64,000 bases of DNA from Octopus vulgaris (GCA_951406725.2 OX597815.1:124000001-124064000), one strand, 5' to 3'. Counted from the first letter of the stretch, positions 26,535 to 41,072 are shown. Notes: generated by a model not told the origin, from the letters alone. A program made the numbers and translations.

Positions 26535-29269
26535 GACCCAATTAAGCTAAATGTTAAATATTTGGGAAAACAAAACATTCTTCCTGCTTAACGATTCATA
26601 AGTGAAGAACCACTGTCATTTAACAACTCCCACATTACTAATACTTTATTTTAAAGTATTTCTTATATTTTTCAGAATATTCCTATGAATATTTCTGCTA
26701 AAACGTCATTTTGTGTTCATGTCTGAATGTATGCATTGCGTATTTTGTGTATATTATTTTATTACCACAAACAATTACATTCACCTAAATGCTCACACAT
26801 AAATAGAACGACCAACACATATGTAGCCCTCCAATTACAACATTGAACACTGACGTTAAACCGTGAAAATACGCATTAGGAAAAAACAATCTGAAAATAA
26901 AATTATCGTTGGTAGAGAAGTTTTGTTAGGGTCTGATAACATCCCATCATGCAGTATTGCTCGCATCATGTTACGTCACTTAAAACCTACAATCATTTTA
27001 CATAGACATTCACTGAACACTCAAAGATTGGATGTTGGTAAGTCGCTGGTGACTCTAATACTATTCATGCCCAGTTGAAATCCAAAGATGATAACGCAAC
27101 GTCTGATTATTAGATAAATGAACCGACGTAACATGAGATTGCTAGAGTCTGTTTAGATAGAGCAGAGTTAGAGAAAGCAATGAGTATCTACAGAAATAGG
27201 TTTATTCTCAACTAATGCTTTATTTATTTGCTGGTCATTTATTTATTTTCACAAAAAGAGAACTATTTTTCTTTATCATTGGATCAAAACGAACGAATAT
27301 CTTCGGAAGTACTAGTTTTTTTGTGGGGAAAATCAACAGTGAATTAAAGTGTACATTAAGTGGTGAAATCTGGGAAAGGCAAACATCTCTTCCTGTTGGA
27401 ATGTCAGCAATTACATAATCTTTTTTAACTAAGTCAATAAAACGACTAGAAAATTAACCTTTTCGTGTGTAATTTTGTTCCTGACAGCGGTAATTATGAT
27501 CACCGAGAGTCGGGTAGATAGGCTTTAATTCACTTTAATTCACTGTTGATTTCCCCCACACAAAAAAAAACAAGCACTTCCGAAAATTTGAAATAAAGTA
27601 TTAGTTGAGAATAAACCTAGATACTCATTACTTTCTCTAAGCTCAGTATAAATACTAAATACATACTATGAATAAGTGCTATAAAATGAAGTAAGGTACG
27701 TTGAGAACCTATTTCACTTCACTGAAGTAGTTAATGCTTTTACGGATAGCCTGGTGGTTGTAAATTTCACGTTCTCCCCCATGCTTGTCTCGAATCGGCA
27801 ACAAGACTCAACCCTCCTGTGTATGCTGAATGGTATCAATGGGAAAGAAGGGGAGAGAGACATGGAGAGAAGAGGAGAAAAAAAGAAAAGCGGAAAAAAA
27901 GAAGAGAGGACTTTAGCACTTATTTGCCTGAAAACACTTCTTACCTAGTATTCGAAAAGGTAAATTTTTCTTTGAAGAATTAACTGGGAATTTTCAAGGC
28001 GAATACTCAATCCAGTCTTTCTTTAGTAGTAGTTGTTTTTATGGGTTGTTATAGCGTTCGTCTGAGGAAAACGAAAATTTGAAATAACACTTGGCGATTA
28101 ATCGATATACAAAAAATTAAGGCAAAAAGAAAATATTATGGGACAAGTGACTATTAGTAATTTTACAAGTAACACTGATTTTTTCCCATGTTGTAATAGA
28201 CGCCAATATATAGTTGGTAAATATTTTAGCTAAATAATATTATGAGTGAATTCTGTTAGTAACCAACACAAAGCCACGTATTTATTCTGAAGGGCATATT
28301 GTATTGAATCAATTCTAGTGCATGTTTGATATCACAGAACGGTCTCCAGATTCAATTATCATTTTGAAAAATAGATCAGTTCCGATGCGTTTACAACTTT
28401 ATTACTGTGTCGCAAAAATTCAATGCCAATTGCATTCTTCTAAATGTTGACATAATACATAGTTTATGTCAACCTTATTTTAAAAATAGCTTCTTAAATT
28501 AAATAAGTCTGAAGAGACACAATCAACCGTGTTCAATATTGCAAAAGTTTCGAAAAAAGAAAAAAATGTATCTATATAAAAATAATCAAAGGTGCCTTCT
28601 GTCGTACGATAGTTATTTCATCGATTGTGAGTTTGTGAAAAAATATATAGTCGACTTTCACGGGATAAACTCAGGTCCTTTTAAGACAAAACGAAATACT
28701 GTGCGCTATTTTGTAAAGTGTTGATAAGTTTTTCTCTTACTGAACGAAGACTATCTTTCGTGTTGATTGGAATTGTGTATGATCAACTGAGTTAACTTCA
28801 ATATATTAATAGTGTTTATTTTCACAATCCCGGAGGGAGGAAACAAAATGTCAGATCCGGTGGGATTTAAAAATGTTAAGGACATATTTAAACCCAGGAA
28901 TGCCTATATTCTCTACAACTTCTTGTAATCCACTTTCATTTTATGGGTCACACTAAGTTTGGAATAATGTAACACTTTTGGGAGGAGGAATCAATCGATT
29001 AAATCGTTTCCATTATGAAATAGGTATTCATTTTAATCAACCTCAAATATTGAAAAGACAAAAGCGACTCAAATAGAATTTAAACCGAGAAAATAAAGGA
29101 ACAAAAATTTCCCTCAAAGCATTTAATTATATTATCACCTTAATCTTTTGATAACATTAGAAACAGATTTGCAGGCGATTATCAATTAAAGATTATAAAT
29201 AATTCCAGAACGTATGTTATTATATTCTAGTAGAAAAAATATAGTAATTTATTAATTTGCTCCCTAAAT

Positions 29270-29455
29270 ATTGGCTTCAAATTTTGGCCAGCAATTTCGG
29301 GGAGGGGATGAGTCGATTACATCGACCCCAGTGTTCAACAGATAATTATTTTATCGATTCTAAAAGGGTGAAAGGCAAAATCGACCACAGCGGAATTTGA
29401 ACTCAGAGCGTAAAACGGACGAAATGATGTTATGCCTTTTTCCCGGCGTGCTAAA
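29270..29455 (-). mobile_element. SINE family B, diverged copy
   Basis: GATTACATCGACCCCAGTG...GAAAGGCAAAATCGACC...GAATTTGAACTCAGAGCGTAAA matches the other family B copies. Confidence 0.8.
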
Positions 29456-30001
29456 ATTTCCCCAGAAATATTGATTGCCTGTTTGTCTCAGTGAATTATC
29501 GATTGGTTCGTTGGACAAATCTGTGAGCTCAAATATTCAACGGGCTATTATTAGATAAAAGTGTATAATAAAAAGCATCTAGATGGTCCCGGGAATGTCA
29601 AATTCCAAAACGAATTAACTTTGCAGCTTATAAATCCTTGTGACGGGAAACTTGTAGTACTGAGTTTGCACCAGGCAAACCGAGTTCTTGAAATGGTTTT
29701 ATTACACGAATTGTAGTGTTTTCACTCAACGTAAGCTTCATTTTCCTTTCTCTAAACTTACCATGGTCCAGCACTTCCGATCATAAAACAATATTATTAT
29801 CAAAATTATATCGAATGACTAGAGAGAGAGTGTGTGTGTGGGGGGGAGAGAGAGAGTGAAAGAGGGAGAAAGAAAGAGAATGAGAGATACTAAGTATGAG
29901 AAGGAGGCTGAGGGAAATATCAGGCTGAAGACAAAAACATTTCAAACGTTACTAGATGTTACAAAAGAAATAAAAAAACATACACCAACAACAAGCATAT
30001 A

Positions 30002-31621
30002 CAGTTGCGGCCAAAATGTTCAGAACGGCATTGTTTTCGCCAGAAAAGTAGATATAAGTTTTTATCAAAGTTGTTTTATATTCTATAACTTTCACAGACA
30101 ATAAATACGATATTAATTGTTATTGTCTGAGATTTTGGTGTAATTTGAGAGGATAATACAAAAGTTATGGATGATTTAGTGATTTACTGCAAAACCCATG
30201 GAGGCCAAAGTGATCAGAACAGTTGCTTTTACTCCATGTTTTAGTATATTTAACCGGTGAACTCTAATGTTTTGAATTTGTTTACGTGACGGTTCGTTTA
30301 CTAAACATTAGTAAGAATATCTGCAGTGTACTTTGTTAATATAATGCCACTTACTCCGTTATCAATTCGTCAGCAGATTATTAAGCTTCGAAAGAAGGAT
30401 AATTTAAGTATTGGGTCTATTGCAAAGATTGTTAACAAGTCAAAAAGTGTTGTTCACGGTATTCTTAAGGTCTTCGATGATTGTGTTTCGTGTGAAGCAA
30501 GAAAGTCTACAGATAGGCCAAGAAAAATGACCAAGAGAGAAGATCGTGCTATGGTAAAGTTGGTTAAAAAGGATAGATTTAAAACTGCTGCTGCTGTTTC
30601 TCGGGAAATGAGCATTGTACTGAAGAAAACGTTATCTCGAAAAACCTGTCTCATCGTTTAGTTGGACATAACCTACAAGCAAGATCACCAGCAGTAAAGC
30701 CACTGGTTAGCTCCAAAAATAAAAAGTGTCGTCATACCTTTGCAACCGAACATGTGTTGTGGTCTCAAGAAAAATAGCAAACGGTGCATTTCAGTGATGA
30801 ATCTAAGTTTATGTTATTTGGCTCAGATGGGAAAAGGTACGTTCGTTGAAAAGTAGGTGAAAAATTGTCGCCTAAATGCCTTAAGACTAAATTCGGTAGA
30901 GGAAGTGTCATGGTTTGGGGGGTGATATCTGGAGATGGTGTGGGCCCTTTGGTGCGATTACATGGAAAGGTAAATGCAGGAGTTTATAAACAACTTGTAA
31001 AAGATCATGTCTTGCCTGTGTTGAGAAATTCAACTAAGCGACCACCCATATTCATGCAGGACAATGCCCCATGTCACAAGGTTAAGGTGGTCATGAACTT
31101 CCTCAAGGCTGAAAAGGTTATTATTATGGATTGGCCTGCTCAAAGCCCAGATCTCAATCCTATTGAAAATGTGTGGAATATTCTAGGAGAACGTTTGAAA
31201 GCCAGAAATCCTAAAACAACCGAGCAGTTATGGAATGCCCTTCAGGAAGAATGGAATAAGATCACCTAGCAAGAAATTGAAAATTTAATTTCCTCATGCA
31301 GTCGAAGATGTCAAAGTGTGATTGAAGCTAAAGGGCTTCACACTAAATATTAACTAATTCCAGTATTCTCTGTCATTTTTGATTATTTTGTTATTTTTTT
31401 CAACCGTTCTGATCATTTTGGCCTCCATGGGTTTTGCAGTAAATCACTAAATTATCCATAACTTTTGTATTATCCTCTTAAATTACACCAAAATCTTAGA
31501 CAATAACAATTAATATTGTATTTATTGTCTGTGAAAATTATAGAATATGAAACAACTTTGATAAAAACTTATATCTTCTTTTCTGGTGAAAACAATGCCG
31601 TTCTGAACATTTTGACCGCAA

Positions 31622-31623
<2 letters not shown>
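30002..31623 (+). mobile_element. Tc1-family DNA transposon with ~220-bp IR/DR-type TIRs
   Basis: TA|CAGTTGCGGCCAAAATGTTCAGAACG (30002-30224) is inverted at 31401-31623. Each TIR has outer and inner GGCCAAA.TG.TCAGAAC repeats. Right terminal G/TA is lost into (CT)n. Confidence 0.95.
30344..31353 (+). pseudogene. Tc1 transposase DD34E, frameshifted with stops
   Basis: HTH N-terminus, FSDES, VMVWG, FMQDNAPCH, WPAQSPDLNPIENVW; I count 34 residues between the D of QDNA and the E of PIEN. Confidence 0.93.
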
Positions 31624-31662
<39 letters not shown>

Positions 31663-31689
31663 TCTTCTCTCTCTCTCTCTGTCTCTCTC

Positions 31690-31773
<84 letters not shown>

Positions 31774-31809
31774 GTTGGATGATGACCTTTTGGCCATGCC
31801 CTTCAAGAA

Positions 31810-32260
31810 CAGTTAGATTAATGTTATCAACATTCTGCATAGGTTGTTTCAAATCGCTGATTTCAGAAAAGGGATGTGAAAAGAAAGAATTTTAGAGGGC
31901 CGGCATTCTGAGAAGAAAGAACTGAGTAGTAGTTAGTGAGAACGTGAATGGGTGGAGTGATGGAGACGAGAGAAGCAAATGAACTGAGATTGCTTGAGCG
32001 GATGGGGCATAACACCAGTAAACTCCGTGGAGCAGAGGCCACTAAAATACTGGTAGAAAAGGTAGAGATAGAATACAGCATATTTGTGTGCCTGAGATCG
32101 GAGTGCGTTTGTTAGTGACTCTATACCAGTCAGATGTATGGCATTTCTCTGGATGTCAGTGTGTTTTGTAGCCCCCAGATGAGGGAGCAGTATTCTATCA
32201 TGTGTCTCACCTGAAATTTGCAGCAAATTAGTAGTTGTTGAAACCTGATACATTATCTAG
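31810..32260 (-). mobile_element. Jockey/CR1-group LINE 3' relic
   Basis: IQRNAIHLTG..LTNALRS.AH...LFYQYFSGLCSTEF resembles the IQR.A.RL...SL.HRR...LFYRYF.G.CS.EL post-RT motif. Confidence 0.7.
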
Positions 32261-33696
32261 TCCCGAAGAGAAAGCAAACTCTTTGAGATGCAGAATTAGC
32301 TATGTTTAAACTTTGATAGAATCATAATTGTAAGGAATTTACATGAGAAAACATTCAAAAAATATATTGCTTTAATCGTATTTCTACTAGTTGATTTTTT
32401 TCTTTTTTTTCCCTTAATTTGCTGTTATCAATATGGTTTTGTGTTAGAAGTTACTGCTGCAGGTTGTGTTCCATGTCAAAAATTTAACAATTTCAAAAGC
32501 TGTGGAGATTGCAGTTTGTTCTTTTCACTGCCCTTCGATTAGTTGTTAGCATTGCTTCCGTATCAAATATCCCTTAAGAGTTAAACTGGATAGTTTTGTT
32601 TATATCTAGAAACAAATGCATTAAAGCTGGAATGCCGGGGGTTACATCTAAAGGATAGGGTTTTAACCTTTTTAACATATATCTCTTGTAGACAAAAAAA
32701 TCTTATGAAACAAGATTAAACAAAGTTTCACACAACACCCAGTCTTGATATTTTAAATGTGCGTGAGATATAATAGATAGACTTTAAAAATAAAACGAGC
32801 CATGGAAAAAGGTCTACATGCCTTAATTTATTTACTTATTTTACATTGACACTTTTATGTTAAAGTTACTAAAATAGATAGCGAAGGAAATAGAGAAATA
32901 GCAAGGGGAAAAAGGGCGTATGAGAGGAGGGAAAGAAAGCAAGCAAGTGGAGAGAATTGGTAGGATAATATAGAGATTTTTTTTATTAAGCAAAAGAAAA
33001 AAAGTAGAACAAATAGTTAAGAAAATGGAAAATTCTCATTCAGTAAAATAGGATCATGTTGAAAACGTGAACATATAAAATGTAAGAAATAAAAGAAAGC
33101 AGAAAAAAGGAAATAGTTAAAAAAGAAAAACAAAACAAAAACAAAGCTAAAACACATCCAGAAATCTAAAATTAAGCTGAAACTAAAATTGGCAGAAAGA
33201 AATATTGTTTTGTTTTTCTTGTAAACAATTTGTGTGAAAGAAAGCTTCTCTAAATATTTACTTTACAATCGATCGAAGTGTAGCCGCAAGCACAGCAGAA
33301 TGGTTTGGTCATTCTCAAGTTTGCGAGCCAGTTTCGATATCTTGTTAGAAAGTTTCTAACAAGATACTCATGGCAAAATCATGAAAACCACAAATCCCTG
33401 TCCTCTCCTAAGCCAATAGAAGAGTTAATCGTTTATGGAAGCAGCTAATTGTGACAATTAACTTATCCGTCTGTCTATTTACGCTATATTAATTCATTTG
33501 TTTTGATCATAAACCTTATGTCAACTTTCCTTAGCTTAAGTATCTGGTGATATGTAAGAAAACAAATATTAACTCTCACACTCCGTACACATAATGAGGA
33601 TTGGGATACGCGTACTAAATTATTAAAATGGATCTAACATTAACCGTCTCATTTACCAAAAACACGAAATTTAAATAAGTATTTGATAATAATTAT

Positions 33697-33915
33697 GTTG
33701 GTTTCAAATTTTGGCGCAAGGCTAGCAATTTGGAGGGAGGGACTGAGTCAATTAAACCGATTCTAGTGCTCAACTGGTACTTACTTTTTCGACATCGAAA
33801 GGATGAAATGCAAAATCGACCCCGGCTGCATTTGAACCCAGACCGTAAAGACGGATGAAATGCCGCTAGGCATTTTGTACCTGGTGTGCTAATGATTCTG
33901 CCAACTTGCCGCCTT
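33697..33915 (-). mobile_element. SINE family B
   Basis: Head GGCGGCAAGTTGGCAGAATCATTAGCAC on the minus strand, plus the TTTCATCCTTTCGATGTCG domain. Confidence 0.82.
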
Positions 33916-34905
33916 AGTCTTTGATAATAATTATATTAGCATGCAGATACACATCGGGTTTAGTCTGAACCTATCCACATCCACCCCAATGGTTACAGGG
34001 TCGTTCTTATTTTCAATTTTAATTCTTCTATTCCTTTTTAATCTTCTGCAAAAGTGCACATGTTTCGTTGTTGAACCCAGGGAAATAGAGAGCAACGCAT
34101 GAACTCCTTTTCCCGGTGGCCAACTATCAGGAAACTAGTGTTAAATAAAAAATGCCTGAACAAACCACCAAGTCATTAGATTAACCCGAAATTGTGCTTT
34201 ATAAAGAATAAACGTCAGCGAAATCTTAAAGTGTTCTAGTCTACTGACAATTATAGCAACTATACATGACAAGGTGACCTTCTGTTCCACAAATAAGCAT
34301 GCCAGGTTAAAGAGATTAAGAGATTTTTCTCTGAGGTGGTAAGAAATGTGATGGTGGAAAACAAGGATTTCGGAACAAAGTTGATGACGCGAACAGCAAA
34401 TTATATTTTTATTATTCGAAAGAAATCTTTTTTTTTTTTTTTTTTTTTTGTAATTAGCATTTCGAAAGATTCAAAAATATTAAATAAAAATTAAAAAGAA
34501 AAGTCCTTGAGGATATTCATCTATTCATTAAAACTGTATTTAATTTGAAAAACTGTAATCAAGAGTTCAGAAACTTAAATGACTTTCCCACACTTTTTTT
34601 TTCGTGATATGGGACTTGTGAGATATTTTATGAATGTTTGCGTATGATTTGTATAGTGGTAATGTTAAGTAATGAAAACAGAGTAAAGCGAACCGTTGTT
34701 TCTGTTACTAAGTTCCAGATCATTCTTGGTTGTAATAATCTATCAGAAAAAAAAAAACATTTTAGCTGTTAGCATCTGTTTTTTCTTTTTTTTCATCGTC
34801 AAGTAGATCCTTATTATTTAAGATGGTAGAGTGTGATTCAACGGTTGATTGTGTATGTCTTTGTCCGTGTGTATGCAAATGTATATACATGCGCGTCTCT
34901 CTCTC

Positions 34906-34960
<55 letters not shown>

Positions 34961-34976
34961 GTATATATGTATATAT

Positions 34977-35013
<37 letters not shown>

Positions 35014-35019
35014 TATATA

Positions 35020-36033
35020 CGAGGTGGTGTCAAAAGGTTCCCGGAGTAGTTATGTTTAATAAGCCGTTTTATAAGGCGGCGAACTGGCAGAAACGTTAGC
35101 ACGCCGGGCGAAATGCTTAGCCCTCTGTGTTTAGCCCCTTGTGGGTAATAAAGAAATAGGAGTAGTTATGTTTAATAAAAATAACTTATTTACCTAAGTT
35201 TTAACATAATTTCCTTCCAAATAGTCACCTTGTGCAGCAGAATACTGCTCCCAGTGTTTTTGCTACTTTTGGAATCCGGCCTGGAAGTCGTTTCCCATAA
35301 GCGAGTCGAGAATCTTCTGCGATTCGTTCTGGGTCTCGACAACGTTGTTAAAACGGCAACCTTTGAGTTGCATTTTCATCTTGGAGATGGAAGACCACAG
35401 GTGCTAAATCTGACGAATAGGGTGGGTGCAGAAGCAATTCCATGTTGTTTTTGGTGAGAAACTCGCAAGTGAGGAGAGGTCGGTGACGGTGCACTATCTC
35501 ATGAAGAATCCAATTCTTCATGCTCCACAGTTCCGATCGCTTTTGCCGAATGTCGTCCCTCAAACCCTTCAAAACGTCGCAGTAGAACTCTCGATTGACG
35601 GTCTGGCCCTGGGGCATGAATTTTCGATGTAGAATACCACATTTCCGGGTGTGATGCTCGTGGCAGGTCTTTCAGATCGCTCATAATCTTCCAGGGACTT
35701 TCTCCTGCCTTTAAAGCGCGTGTGCCACTCGAATCCTTGCTTAGAACCCGTTGCCTCGTCACCGTAAGCTTGCCAAAGCATGCTCAATGTCTCTGTAGCA
35801 AACTTCCCAAAGTTTCACGTTGGCTCTCTGTTCCTGTCCACGACAAAATCATAGACTACAGCATACACGTGATCACAAAATGACAATTTTTACAACTTGC
35901 GAAATAAACAGCGACGTCACTCGACACACTGCTTCATGAAGGTCACTGCTAGCTCTCACTCCGCATGCAACTATATGATGCCATCTGTTGGCGCGCTATA
36001 GGAATAGTCAGCGAAGGTTTTGATACCACCTCA
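35020..36033 (-). mobile_element. mariner element, internally deleted, TA-flanked
   Basis: TIRs TA|CGAGGTGGTGTCAAAAGG and TTTTGATACCACCTCA|TA. Minus ORFs AYGDEA..FEWHTRFKGRRKSLED..RSERP and GQTVNREFYC..WILH..HPPYSSDLAP. Confidence 0.9.
35063..35158 (+). mobile_element. Internally deleted SINE B nested in mariner, 20-bp TSD
   Basis: GGAGTAGTTATGTTTAATAA is duplicated exactly at 35043-35062 and 35159-35178; the insert is SINE head fused to tail. Confidence 0.88.
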
Positions 36034-36911
36034 TATATACAAAATCTATATACATGCATGCATGCATATACATAGCACACATACACATACATACATACTT
36101 ATATATGCACACACACGCACACACACATACATGTATATATAACTCACACAAACACACGTATATTTCATACACACATCATCCTTTATTCGATATGCTTCAA
36201 CTGGATGTGTTTCGGATTCCGAATGTTTCCGTATTTCGGAGTGCTTGTATATTTGCATATATAAAATGAGACAGCGTGCGCATGAGAACCTACTCTTAGT
36301 CCACAAGTCATTTACATTTCCTAATACTGCTTCGATATACATTACGAAGGTAGTTAGATATAATTTTTTTCACCATTTCAGTTTCATACGACTAGTTACA
36401 GTTTCACTTTGGGAACTTTTCGATTTTCATTTATTGCACTTCAGTTTGTCAACTACACAAAGTAGGTAAACATTTTTTTTTACCTTTTGTTTATAGAAAT
36501 TTTATCTAACGAAAAGGCAAGCGACTAAAGTAAACGGTCGTTGCTGTTATTGCTGCTAAGTCCCAAATAATTCTTGATCAAATTGCCTATGATTAAAATC
36601 GTTCCGGTCGTGATCATTTTGTCTTTTTTATATCAAGGACTTCATTCTGCTATATAACCTTATTATTCAAGATTGTAGAGTGTGATTCAAAAGAGATATA
36701 GCTGATATTGTTGGATTGCTCTACGACTTCATTTAACTTAGTAGACAGTAATTCGAGGTTGCTTTGATTGCTATTTCTGATAAATTTAGCGACAACGAAT
36801 AGCAATGATTATTGATCTTTTCTAAGTCGCGCATCTCTAGGAAATATTTGATTAATTTTTCTCTTCTTTAACAAAATAACTATCACATTTGAAGATGAAA
36901 AAAGCTAAAAG

Positions 36912-37120
36912 GGCGGTGAGCTGGTAGAATCATTAGCACGCCGGGCAAAATGCCTAGCAGCATTTCGTCCGTCTTTACGCTCTGAGTTCAAAGTCCACTG
37001 AGGTCTTTTTTGCCTTTCAGGGTCGATTAAATAAGTATCAGTTGAGCACTGGGTTTGATGCAATCGACTTAATCCTCACCTAAAATTGATGGTCTTGTGC
37101 CAAAATTTGAAATCAATATT
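36912..37120 (+). mobile_element. SINE family B
   Basis: GGCGGTGAGCTGGTAGAATCATTAGCACGCCGGGC...GAGTTCAAAGTCC...GTGCCAAAATTTGAAA. Confidence 0.82.
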
Positions 37121-37784
37121 TACACGGAAATGCATACAATTCTGTGGGTGAACTAATTCATCTAAAAAGCACTCAGTACATAAAATACAAATATAAATGA
37201 GAAATTTGTAAAAAAAGAAATAAATAAACAGTGAAATCAATCACAATTATGAACATAAAATATGACTTTCTTTGTTTCTGCTTCTCATTCATGACTTTAT
37301 CAAAACGGGATTTTCTTGCAGATTGCGATCCGCAGGTCTGTCGGCGAATTCATGCGATTCCAAGATTGTCTTGATTGACAAAACAGGAATATATATCGGC
37401 GTTTAATTAATGAAATCGGTGTGTCGAACAAAAATTCCTTGTAATAATTATATATATATAGTTATCTTTGTAATTATTATGTACATATATGCGTACACAC
37501 AAACACACATATACATACTTAGGTTTGCGATGACAAAGAGGTATTATTCATATCTAAAATTAGCTAAATATGATATAAGACACGAGAAGTGCAAGTTTGT
37601 AAGTGTCTGAGAAAGTATGCACTGACATACACATTCTTAAATGCACACACACATTATATATACACACGTGTGTGTAGGCTGTATGTTTGTCTGTATGTAT
37701 GTTTGCGTGTGTGCATGTGTGTGTGTGTGTATGCGTGTGGTTGGGTGTGTCTGTCTATGTGTATATGTATATATTTTCCTTTTA

Positions 37785-38030
37785 TCTTTTACTAGTTTCA
37801 GTATTTGGACGGCGGCCATGCTGGGGCACCTCCTCTAAATGTTTAATCGAACAAATCGATCTCAATACTTGTTCTATAGGTTTCTTCTGCCAAACCGTTA
37901 ATATATGGAGACGTAAACAAACCAACATTAGTTGTCAAGTGGTGGGCAGGCACAAACATAAACACTAAGAAAAGAAAACACTCACACATAGATACTGATG
38001 CTTTCTTACCACACGGCCTCACTTGCGCCA
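37785..38030 (-). mobile_element. SINE family A, diverged or deleted copy
   Basis: TTTCAG..TTTGGACGGCGGCCATGCTGGGGCACC and ACGTAAACAAACCAACA match the reverse complement of the family A 3' part. Confidence 0.7.
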
Positions 38031-38044
38031 TTGCGTGGGTATGT

Positions 38045-38120
<76 letters not shown>

Positions 38121-38480
38121 GTCTGTCTGTCTGCCTGTTGTTAGTTCTCCGTCAGTTTGATTGAGGAGTAGTCAGTTAGTCGAGTAACTGAATTATCTGC
38201 TCCTGAATAAGCGCGGGGGGGGGGGAAAGACATTCTGTAGAATACGAATTCCCATGCAGAATCAGCGACACCGTCTGCGCCATGGTTGGTCCTTTGAATT
38301 AAAAGTACAATTCAGCAACAGGCTTCTTCTGTGCGGTTTCTGTCTACAAAAATTTAATCATAAGATATGACTTGATTCGAAGCTACAGAAAAGGACATTC
38401 GCACAATATACCACGCTGTACGATGGAACCCGGAATCCGTAATTGTGAAGCGAACTTCTCAATCATTCGGGCATGCTGCG

Positions 38481-38529
<49 letters not shown>

Positions 38530-38609
38530 ATGTATGTATGTATGTATATGTATGTATGTATGTGTATCTTTTAGTTGTAAATTGCGAATAAGCCCCCTTA
38601 ATAATTCAT

Positions 38610-38708
38610 ATGAGTGGCTGTGTGGTAAGAAGCTTGCTTCCCAACCACATGGCCTCGGGCTGACCAAAGCCTTGTGAGTGGATTTGACAGACGGAGAAGC
38701 CCGTCGTT

Positions 38709-38710
<2 letters not shown>
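38610..38710 (+). mobile_element. SINE family A, internally deleted
   Basis: GAGTGGCTGTGTGGTAAGAAGCTTGCTTCCCAACCACATGG joined to CCTCGGGCTGACCAAAGCCTTGTGAGTGG. Confidence 0.8.
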
Positions 38711-38749
<39 letters not shown>

Positions 38750-40460
38750 ACACGTATATATGTGTATATATACCTATATATACGAGTGTGTGTGTATGTG
38801 TGAGTCCTCGTACATTAACATAATTGAAGAACCCAGAAGATAAACATTGCTTATGTAATAATGTAAAATTGTGAAGAACGCTCTCTCTTTCTTTCTTGTC
38901 TAAGTGGATGCAGCTTTAAACTGACTGAGGAAATTCATTTGCATTCTCTTGCCGCTAAGTGTTACACTCAGGAAGTGAACGTGTGTGCACGTGCATACGC
39001 CGTCGCATCCTCCGCACCAGTCCACCCTCTTGACACGCATATACTCGAGAATACATACATACTTACATATACACGCACACCCATACACATTATAGGCACT
39101 GTATATATGTGCTTCTGCTTATGTGTGTGCGTGTGTGTGTGTGTGTGTGTGTGAGTATGTGTGTACATGTATGTATTTATATATATATATGCTTTCCACC
39201 TATTTATTTAGCTATGTATGTAGTTGTTTGAGCATATTTTGAACACACACACACACACACACACGTGCGCACGCACATGCAAACACAGACGTATGCGTGC
39301 GTATGTATTACTCAATTTTATGTATAGCACTCTTTCTGAAATGAGGGAACTGGTTTCAAACGAAGGAAAGCACCATCATCGGAGTTTGGATAAGAGCAGA
39401 GATAGTTGTTACGTACCAAACATTAAGAAAGTCTTGCCTACTTCACACTCAGGGAGCGGAATGGCAGAGTTGGTAGAATAACAGAGAAAACACCGCGAAG
39501 TATTTTTCCCGGCGCCATATATTCTGGGTTCAAATGTAGCTGTAATTTACTTGTGTGGTAGACTTGTTCCGTGGCCTAGTGTAACAACACCTTGGGTGTC
39601 TTTAGCAATGTTCATATTGATACAATCATTCGGATCAGATCTCAGGTTTGAGGGTATCCATCTTTCACCTGCCGTCTCATAGGCTTCGTAATTGAGGCCA
39701 TGGGACATTGTTCTTTCATCCTGTTTAAACGAAAAAAAAAAGCTTATAGAAGTCACCCAATTCACGGGTTTTATTTAAAGCTAAGTAGTTTCAGGAACCG
39801 AAATGCACTTGTCTTAGTCCCAGATTGTGCCAGAAACATAAGTTAAGTAGATTTTCCGTCGATTTCAACGATGACTATTCCAGTTGCTTCATCAGCTAAG
39901 CTGCCTGCTCAGTATATTTGAGTGCTTTGCTCCTAAGTAAAATAATCATGAAATGGTGTTACAAGGCGGGGCATCTAATTCGCATGTACAATTCAAACTT
40001 CCGCATAACTGTCAACTCAACCAAATTCACGAGGTTAGAGTTGATCTGAGATTTTGGTGAAAGACTCTTACTCAAAGACCATAAAGTCCTGGATCAAGTC
40101 CAAGACTCCATGGTTTGCTAATAGAAAGATATAAGCCAAATATCAATGCACAAATACAGCACGCGAGAAAGGGATTACTAAAACAATCGGATTTAACTAT
40201 TGAATTTGTTTTAAATCCTGTTTTTGAAGAAGAAAAAGCAATCAAATTCCCAATATTTCATGACCCTTTTGCGATGCTACATTCTGCGATTTTCTTCTGA
40301 GGTTATGACATGAGTAGCTTTAAAAGATTGACGGAGTAGGGATATTAATGTTCTAAACTGAACATAGCTGTGTCTTTAATACATCATGTTTAAAAGAGAA
40401 GCTTTCTTCATCAACACCCTCACTGCCCACCCGAACACCACACGTACGCATATATGTGTG

Positions 40461-40540
<80 letters not shown>

Positions 40541-40980
40541 CCTTGGGCGTACGTATGTGTGCGTGTGTGCATATGCCAAAGGATTGCTTATGATATAGCA
40601 TTGCGATAAACTGCCACAAATTTGAAAATTATACTTTTATGAAATAATTTTTCATGTTGGAGCATGTGGATTATCCAATTCTAAGTTCACTATAATCAAA
40701 TTTATAAACTAGGTTCGTTTGCTGAGAGTTTTGTTGAAGTATTAAGGCACATGATCTGTTACAAACTGTTTTATTCGTGCTGAGTTACCCATTTAAATAA
40801 TAAGAACAATAAACTTGATCGTAATGTAGTCAAGATGATCAGGTTTCACTCTTTCAAAAGCTAACAACTTTGATAGCATCAGTCAATAAAGGAACCAAAA
40901 ATATAATACTTCCGAGTCAATCAGTGAAGCTTACGCCAAACTTTTGAAAGGAGTGTTTATTTTACCTCCAAAGATGACCG

Positions 40981-41072
<92 letters not shown>

